IMG/VR virus record: IMGVR_UViG_3300008448_000122
Span: 1-52,269 of that record
DNA from: a virus
Lineage: Duplodnaviria; Caudoviricetes
DNA: 52,269 nucleotides
Direction: 5' to 3' (one strand)
Positions within the stretch are counted from its first letter, which is position 1. Each line of letters starts with the position of its first letter. The notes under the pieces were generated by a model. It saw only the letters and a program-made list of their open reading frames with translations, did not search any database and was not told the DNA's origin. The position numbers were made by a program, and so were the translations under genes. This document shows, piece by piece, positions 46,445 to 52,269 of the stretch.

Positions 46445-49400
46445 ATGTCTCTTTTTTCAAACTGTGGAGAATATTTACCAGGGCAAGAACCCCCAACTAC
46501 ATCTAGTATTCCTACGGTAACCCCTAACGTATTAGTTGTAAGAGAAGAAAGAGATATAGTCTATAGGCTTCCCCCAGATAGAAGGCCGCCTTGGCAGTTA
46601 AGATGGAAGTGTGAAGATAGATCTCCTAGTCCTTGCCCTCCCGGTACTACTGGACCAGGAATATTTCCTAGAGAGTGTTTGCCTTGTGATGGTGAATTTG
46701 GAAACCCAAGTCCAGGAGCAGATGGCTGCGATTATGTAGGAAGAGAGCAATGTGTACAACAATGCCCCTCGCAAATTGGTTGTATTCCAATACCACCAGT
46801 ATATAAATGCGATTGTACCGAAGTACCTTGTCCCCCTGGGCAGACTGGGGCAATCATAGATTGCGAGTGCTTACAGTGTAATCCCATAGGATCCGATGTT
46901 TTTGGTAATCCTATTTATGAGCCTGGATGCGTTTATCCAACCAGAGCCTCATGTGAAGAAGTATGTGTAGATTCAAACACTTGTGACGGTGGAGTTACCC
47001 CAACTAATCCAGCAACAGGACGAGGAACACAAAAGAGCATATGTGTAACTCAGAGGATAAGTCCCTGCCCTCCAATAACTGGACCAAACATTTCAGTCAC
47101 TGGAGCAATTTATGATAGAGAATGTTTGCCATGCAGGGCAATCTTAAACCGTGATGGGACGGTAAGATATGAATTCCCAACAAGAGATAGCTCAGGAAAT
47201 CCATTACCACCAATAGCTGGTGATCCAAATGTTCTTTGTATAGAACCTTCTGCTTGTAAGGCAAGTTGCTTAGATCAAAATACTTGTGGTGTAACTCAAT
47301 CGGAGCCAACAGAGCCAGATCCATTCTATGCTTGTATGACGGTCTACTCTGAAGGATGCGGAGATCCATTAGATCCAGAATGCATATTTATAGGTAATAT
47401 AAATTACAAAGAATGTTTACGCTGCAATCAGGCTCAGGACGGTTCTTGGATTCCTCCAACAGAATATTATGGTACATCTTATCCTAATATTCCTCAGGGA
47501 ACATCACTTGATCAGCAGTTTGAAGCTTGTGTTCCATTATCTTCATGCCAGCTAAGTTGTGATATTGAAGTAAATTGTGATCTATCTTGCCCCCCTGCTC
47601 TTCCTAGGTATAGATGTAAAGTTATAGAGCAAGAGTATTGCCCTGAGGTTGGGACTGTAGGGCCACTATCCCGAAGATTAAAAAGTGTAAGGAGAGAATG
47701 TGAAATCTGCCTACCAGGAACAAATCAGGAAGGGTGTGATTATGAAAGTGATTCTTTGTGTAGAGCAAGTTGCGCTGATGAAGAGTATCCATGTATTGGA
47801 GTAGTCCAAAATAATAATACTACAAATAACATAAGATATTCAAGACAAGAACTACAAATCCCATGTGAGCCGCCATTCATAGGAACACAGCTATACCAAA
47901 GAACTTGCTCTGAGATTCAATGCTCACCGGCAGACCCAGAATGCGTTGCCTACAGTTTTCCAGATATTAATAGTTGTACAAATGGTTGGCAATCTGAACC
48001 TGGAATTTGCATACCACCTAACTCTAATACTACAGTTTCCCAGGTATCAATTACTAGTGATATAGAGAATAATGTATCTCAATTTCCAACTGAAGGATTC
48101 GCAGGGAGCACTCAAGGAGAAGGGGGGTTTGGGGATACCCTAACGCCGGAACAACAGAATCCAGTACAAAGAGAGACAGTAATCTCAAGTCCAACTTCTT
48201 TATTAAATAAACTTTTGACTGGACTGGGAATTATTAAAAATCAAAAAGTAATTGATACAGAGATTCTTGCCTCAAAGAAAGAGGTTGAGGTACAAAAAGT
48301 AGGAAGGTCAGCAACTACCCTTCACCCAGCGTACAACTTTGCAAATATAAGTAATGATATTCTTCCTGAAGTTGCAATGGTAGATAATGATTTATTTAGA
48401 GATATATTTGCTGACAGAGTTGCCAAGGAAGTTAGATATGTGCTAATTAGAAACACTCAAAACTTACCTTGGGATGAAAGACCTATTCAATCAATAACTG
48501 ATGAGAAGTTAGCACTGTCTTTAAACCCTGTTCTTCTTAAAGCTTTAAACTCTATCCATTATCCAGATGGAGAAAAGATACCATTAACAACTCTTTTAAG
48601 ATCTATTAAAAGACATATGTTACTAGGTAATCTGGAGGATTTTGATGTTCAATACTTTATTGAACTAGAGAATAAACAAAAAGAAGATAAGTTTAATGTT
48701 TATCTAAAGAGCACAGACAAGACCTTATTAGAAGCTGCGGCTTTAACCTTAATAAAAGAAAAGGAAGTAATAATAACTAAGGAAGATAAAGATCCTTATA
48801 ATGCAAGAAGGCTTAGAAGACAAAAGAGATTGAATGTAGATATCAAAACCAGAACTTGTATTATTAAAGAAGATGGTACTTCTTGCGATCTCCCTGTTGA
48901 GAACGCTGGATTGCTAATAGGCAAATCAAGTGGAAGTTCTATAGTAGATGCTAAGATAATAAATGGTGTTGGAGATGGTTATTACCTGTACCTAAATGTT
49001 GATGGTGAGTGCCTGCCCTATAGCTATGAGACTAATGAGGAAGTTACCAGATACCCTCCTCAAAATATTAGATATCAAGCTTTGAAAGTTCTAGGTGAGA
49101 ATCCAGATATAACAATAAAAGCTAAATCTTTAAGTGGGTCACATGAGTTTACCTCAGGAATAAATTTAACTATAAACTATCAGCCAATGTTCCTGAGATT
49201 GGATTTAGAGTCCGTATCTTCAACTCCACAATCAAGCTACTTAGTAGACAATACAAGCGCAAACTATTTGTTGATGACCAATGAGTCCGAAATAAATGAT
49301 TACTTAAATACAAATGGATTCGCTACCACAAGAGTTAATATAGATTATAGAGATCCAATTTTAAAGTATATCTTTGATACTTCAACTCTAACTTACAATC

Positions 49401-50179
49401 AGAACGATGTTGATTTCAATCAAATGGAACCTAAGTCGGCTAGCGGATCTATAAGAGCTTCTACAAATGCTGTCATAAGTAGAACACTTCCATTTGCTCT
49501 AGTGATTGTCCCAGTTAGAGGATCTGCATTTAATCCATTTAATGGAATCTCAGATATAGAAAGCATAGATGATAGAGTTACTAGAAAAGTAACTATGATG
49601 CCAACTATAAGCCAGAATGACACTGGAAGCTTCCTATCTCCACTAGAGGAGAAAGTCTTATTTGAAGAGACGGGAACTTTTAAGGTAGGCTTAAAAGAAA
49701 CTCCAGATTCAAACGCTATAACTTATAGATTTAATCCCTCTGCTCCTTACCTAACACAAACATTCTATAATAAAGATTTTCAAACCTACTCTACCGTACC
49801 AAGTGGTGTGGGGTCTTTATCCTCTTATGGGCTATCCCATATGGTTAAAAACTCTTTAGACTACATCATTGATACATATGAAGCTAGCGATGTAAAGTGG
49901 TTTGATATTTACAGAAGACTCTCAATGACAAAGTTTGTACAAGTAATGTACGATTCAAATGATGAATTACTTGATCAGATTGCAAACTCATTTAGACCTA
50001 ACGTACAAATATCAAATATTTTTATTGAAGAGTCTGGTAATAATACTACTGGGGTAAACTATGGTGGTTCTTTATATTCAGTAACTGAAGACTATGGTAT
50101 ACTTCCTGAAGATGAGAGAGTTGTAATTTCTGTTGAAGACAGAACATCTATTTTAAATAGTCCTCCACCAATAGAATAA
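46445..50179 (+). CDS. 1244-aa protein with N-terminal cysteine-rich repeats
   Basis: About 50 Cys in the first ~525 aa forming ~6 repeats; remainder Cys-poor. Confidence 0.85.
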   Translation: MSLFSNCGEYLPGQEPPTTSSIPTVTPNVLVVREERDIVYRLPPDRRPPWQLRWKCEDRSPSPCPPGTTGPGIFPRECLPCDGEFGNPSPGADGCDYVGREQCVQQCPSQIGCIPIPPVYKCDCTEVPCPPGQTGAIIDCECLQCNPIGSDVFGNPIYEPGCVYPTRASCEEVCVDSNTCDGGVTPTNPATGRGTQKSICVTQRISPCPPITGPNISVTGAIYDRECLPCRAILNRDGTVRYEFPTRDSSGNPLPPIAGDPNVLCIEPSACKASCLDQNTCGVTQSEPTEPDPFYACMTVYSEGCGDPLDPECIFIGNINYKECLRCNQAQDGSWIPPTEYYGTSYPNIPQGTSLDQQFEACVPLSSCQLSCDIEVNCDLSCPPALPRYRCKVIEQEYCPEVGTVGPLSRRLKSVRRECEICLPGTNQEGCDYESDSLCRASCADEEYPCIGVVQNNNTTNNIRYSRQELQIPCEPPFIGTQLYQRTCSEIQCSPADPECVAYSFPDINSCTNGWQSEPGICIPPNSNTTVSQVSITSDIENNVSQFPTEGFAGSTQGEGGFGDTLTPEQQNPVQRETVISSPTSLLNKLLTGLGIIKNQKVIDTEILASKKEVEVQKVGRSATTLHPAYNFANISNDILPEVAMVDNDLFRDIFADRVAKEVRYVLIRNTQNLPWDERPIQSITDEKLALSLNPVLLKALNSIHYPDGEKIPLTTLLRSIKRHMLLGNLEDFDVQYFIELENKQKEDKFNVYLKSTDKTLLEAAALTLIKEKEVIITKEDKDPYNARRLRRQKRLNVDIKTRTCIIKEDGTSCDLPVENAGLLIGKSSGSSIVDAKIINGVGDGYYLYLNVDGECLPYSYETNEEVTRYPPQNIRYQALKVLGENPDITIKAKSLSGSHEFTSGINLTINYQPMFLRLDLESVSSTPQSSYLVDNTSANYLLMTNESEINDYLNTNGFATTRVNIDYRDPILKYIFDTSTLTYNQNDVDFNQMEPKSASGSIRASTNAVISRTLPFALVIVPVRGSAFNPFNGISDIESIDDRVTRKVTMMPTISQNDTGSFLSPLEEKVLFEETGTFKVGLKETPDSNAITYRFNPSAPYLTQTFYNKDFQTYSTVPSGVGSLSSYGLSHMVKNSLDYIIDTYEASDVKWFDIYRRLSMTKFVQVMYDSNDELLDQIANSFRPNVQISNIFIEESGNNTTGVNYGGSLYSVTEDYGILPEDERVVISVEDRTSILNSPPPIE

Positions 50180-50180
50180 T

Positions 50181-50501
50181 ATGCCTTTAGCTGTATTAAA
50201 TGGTGATTTTAGTTTAGGTCATTGCTGGCCCCCAGCACCCTCAATAACAACTTCACAGCAGGATGTATTTTGCCATAGTATTCTAGTTGTTGTTGAAGGT
50301 GATACATTTAGTCCTCATCCTGGGCCTTGTGGCGACTCCTCTACTCACGTTCCAAAAACAGTTCCTGGGATTGGGAGCCCTACTGTTTTTATAGGCGGAA
50401 AAAAAATATACAGGGACGGAGACTTATTAAGTTGTGGAGACGTAGCCAAAGTCCAATCTCATACAGATGTATTTATAGATGGGCTAGGAGCTAAACCTTA
50501 A
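50181..50501 (+). CDS. PAAR-family spike tip protein (T4 gp5.4-like)
   Basis: GD.S.GHCWPP, GD...PH..PC, H......GSPTVFIGG....R.GD..SCGD. Confidence 0.93.
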   Translation: MPLAVLNGDFSLGHCWPPAPSITTSQQDVFCHSILVVVEGDTFSPHPGPCGDSSTHVPKTVPGIGSPTVFIGGKKIYRDGDLLSCGDVAKVQSHTDVFIDGLGAKP

Positions 50502-51085
50502 TGGTATCTAGCATAGAACAAACTGGATACGGACTGTTCCCAGGATCTGGAACTTATGGAAGTATAATATTTACTAGAAGATTGTATACAATTGGATTTG
50601 GGCAAAATGCTACAACAGAATTTGATAAGTGGTGTAATTCTGTAAGTGTCTATCCTTCTTATTATACAAGAGTTATTGAGGAAGGATCTAACAGACAATT
50701 TATAAATAATAATGAGACTGGTGCCCCGTCACTTCCAACCACAGTTTTATCTGAAATTAATGGCTCTTCTGTACTTCAAAATTTAGCTTCAAGCTCATTG
50801 AAAGAACCAATCAAGTTATACTTTAAACTTAAGGATAACTATTCATTTCCTTCTTGGTTAAAATTTCAGGAAGGAAAGGGAAGAATTTATGGGAAACCTC
50901 CAAATTCAGCATCATCCTTTGACCCAATAGTAATTAATGATACTAATAAAAGAATTGAAATGTATCTAGTTCCTTTTGGTCAAAATTTTAATGAGCCCTT
51001 CGATCAAGAAACTGCAATTTTATTTGGCTATGCTTATGCCTTAATAACCTATGACAGTATTGTTGATACACCTTGCCCTACATGA
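50501..51085 (+). CDS. Protein with putative Ig-like segment
   Basis: FPSWLKF....GRIYGKP resembles the putative-Ig (He_PIG) core. Confidence 0.6.
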   Translation: MVSSIEQTGYGLFPGSGTYGSIIFTRRLYTIGFGQNATTEFDKWCNSVSVYPSYYTRVIEEGSNRQFINNNETGAPSLPTTVLSEINGSSVLQNLASSSLKEPIKLYFKLKDNYSFPSWLKFQEGKGRIYGKPPNSASSFDPIVINDTNKRIEMYLVPFGQNFNEPFDQETAILFGYAYALITYDSIVDTPCPT

Positions 51086-51097
51086 CAGAAATTAAAT

Positions 51098-51119
51098 TTT
51101 ATTAATTAATATTAATAAA
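51098..51119. terminator. AT-only inverted repeat, possible terminator or operator
   Basis: tttattaat-taat-attaataaa at the end of the tail operon. Confidence 0.3.
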
Positions 51120-51125
51120 GCTACA

Positions 51126-51138
51126 TAGATAAATATAG
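51126..51138 (+). promoter_or_regulatory. Late promoter-like TAGATAAATATAG
   Basis: Identical to 18336-18348; followed by GGAG and ATG. Confidence 0.65.
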
Positions 51139-51163
51139 TATAGTATTTTCACGGAGAATTAAA

Positions 51164-51448
51164 ATGCGCGGAATCACATTAAGCGAAGACTTTGTTAAGC
51201 AGATTGTTGGAACCCACCCCAGCAAGAAGATCTCAGAATCAACCGAGGCTCCACAAGCTGAAGCCCACGTTTGCCCTCTATGCGAATCACAGCTAGCTGA
51301 ACCAATCTCAGAAGAGAGAATTCAGGAGCACGTTGATTACTTCCTAGACGTTATCAACGAGAACTTTGATATCGTTGGCGAAGAACTAAATGAGGAAGAG
51401 GAAGTCGAGGAGACTGAGGAAGAGGTCGAAGAGTCAGACGAAGAGTGA
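51164..51448 (+). CDS. Small acidic protein with CxxC...H
   Basis: HVCPLCES...EH; poly-Glu tail; GGAG upstream. Confidence 0.78.
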   Translation: MRGITLSEDFVKQIVGTHPSKKISESTEAPQAEAHVCPLCESQLAEPISEERIQEHVDYFLDVINENFDIVGEELNEEEEVEETEEEVEESDEE

Positions 51449-51460
51449 TAGGAGCTTGAT

Positions 51461-51883
51461 ATGATGCCCAACAATAAGGCAACAAGAGCTTCTGCCAATT
51501 CTGCGCTTTTGGCTGAACAAATAATGCAAGGCATTATGGGTGGTGATACAAAGCCACCCACAACTCAGCCACCTTCAACTCAAACTGTTCAAGAGTTTTC
51601 TAGAAAGGTTACATCTGGCCCAAATCTAAAGAATATAAAGATTTCAGATAACCTAGTTGAGAGTATAGTAAACTTTGCAACCAAGAAAACTCCAGAGCCA
51701 ATCGTTGAGGAACAAAGAGTTGATGAGGAAGAGTTAGTTCAGGATAGACTATCTGATCTTGTTAATAGACTAACTGCTCTATTAAAAGAAGCCAAAGAGT
51801 TTGTCACTGAAATGACTACTACTGGCATGATTGGTGTCGGCCCAATGAAAAGTAAGAAAAAGAAAATAGTGAGGAAGCCTTGA
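51461..51883 (+). CDS. Hypothetical protein (140 aa)
   Basis: AGGAG upstream; coiled-coil segment. Confidence 0.75.
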   Translation: MMPNNKATRASANSALLAEQIMQGIMGGDTKPPTTQPPSTQTVQEFSRKVTSGPNLKNIKISDNLVESIVNFATKKTPEPIVEEQRVDEEELVQDRLSDLVNRLTALLKEAKEFVTEMTTTGMIGVGPMKSKKKKIVRKP

Positions 51884-52233
51884 ATCTAATAGGACTAATA
51901 ATAGAGACCAGAGCTTCTTCGGGTAAGGGCTCGGCAGCAGGAAGAGCTAAGATGTTGACCTCTGGAAAGAGATCACACACTAATCCTGTTAAGTCTAAGA
52001 TGAGAGTATTTCCTTCTATTAACAAGGCTGTAGCCAGAACAAAGCCTGGAGATACTTGGTCAACCAAGGGATCAGATAGAGCTTATGTAACTACAATGCA
52101 TAAGTGGGGGAAGAAGAGACAGCAGACAGTATCAGGAAGAACAGCTAAAGGATTTAGATCCATAAAGGCTGCTCAGAAGTTTGCTAAAAATACGATGAAG
52201 CGTTATCGTAAGATCAGATCAAAGGGAGCCTAA
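51880..52233 (+). CDS. Highly basic protein (117 aa, TTG start)
   Basis: K/R/S/T/G-rich; TTGA overlap with the previous stop. Confidence 0.72.
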   Translation: MNLIGLIIETRASSGKGSAAGRAKMLTSGKRSHTNPVKSKMRVFPSINKAVARTKPGDTWSTKGSDRAYVTTMHKWGKKRQQTVSGRTAKGFRSIKAAQKFAKNTMKRYRKIRSKGA

Positions 52234-52234
52234 T

Positions 52235-52269
52235 ATGCTTTTAGTTGAATATAGATTACTTGATAAGTT
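52235..52269 (+). CDS. Partial ORF MLLVEYRLLDK..., possibly the prohead protease
   Basis: TAA-T-ATG coupling; identity inferred from context only. Confidence 0.4.
   Translation, partial: MLLVEYRLLDK

Noticed and set aside
18840-50501. Bacterial T6SS, tailocin or eCIS locus (spike, PAAR, gp25)
   Set aside because: Linked terminase, portal, primase and UvsW show it is a phage tail; no TssJLM or ClpV-type genes are seen.
1-52269. Stop-codon reassignment, as in some large phages
   Set aside because: Genes tile densely in the standard code, and TAA, TAG and TGA all end genes at coupled junctions.

Overview
The window is a fragment of a large, AT-rich T4-like (contractile-tailed) bacteriophage genome read in the standard genetic code. 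From left to right: (1) 1-1960 is a visibly GC-richer early region of small minus-strand ORFs. These are driven by repeated sigma70-type promoters lying exactly 7 nt before ATG, and are separated by copies of a ~78 bp symmetric element whose GC-rich core is flipped between copies. (2) 1960-5460 holds small accessory genes, including a membrane PAS-domain protein with a T4-style late-promoter/hairpin switch, a HAD phosphatase, a DUF1360-like membrane protein and a glycosyltransferase. (3) Terminase large subunit, gp20-like portal, an acidic scaffold-like protein and a fibre protein follow. (4) Next come a UvsW-like helicase, a gp26-like chaperone with a probable -1 frameshift extension, a primase and a Cas4-like nuclease. 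(5) A ~32 kb tail/baseplate module contains a tape measure protein, tube initiator, gp53, hub, gp5-like spike, LamG-domain protein, a glycoside-hydrolase-like protein with altered catalytic motifs, gp25, gp6, gp7-like and beta-helix proteins, a 1244-aa protein with ~6 even-cysteine repeats, and PAAR. (6) Small prohead-type genes end the window. No capsid, sheath, tube, tRNA or CRISPR array was seen. All product calls come from motif recognition by eye; no database search was run.
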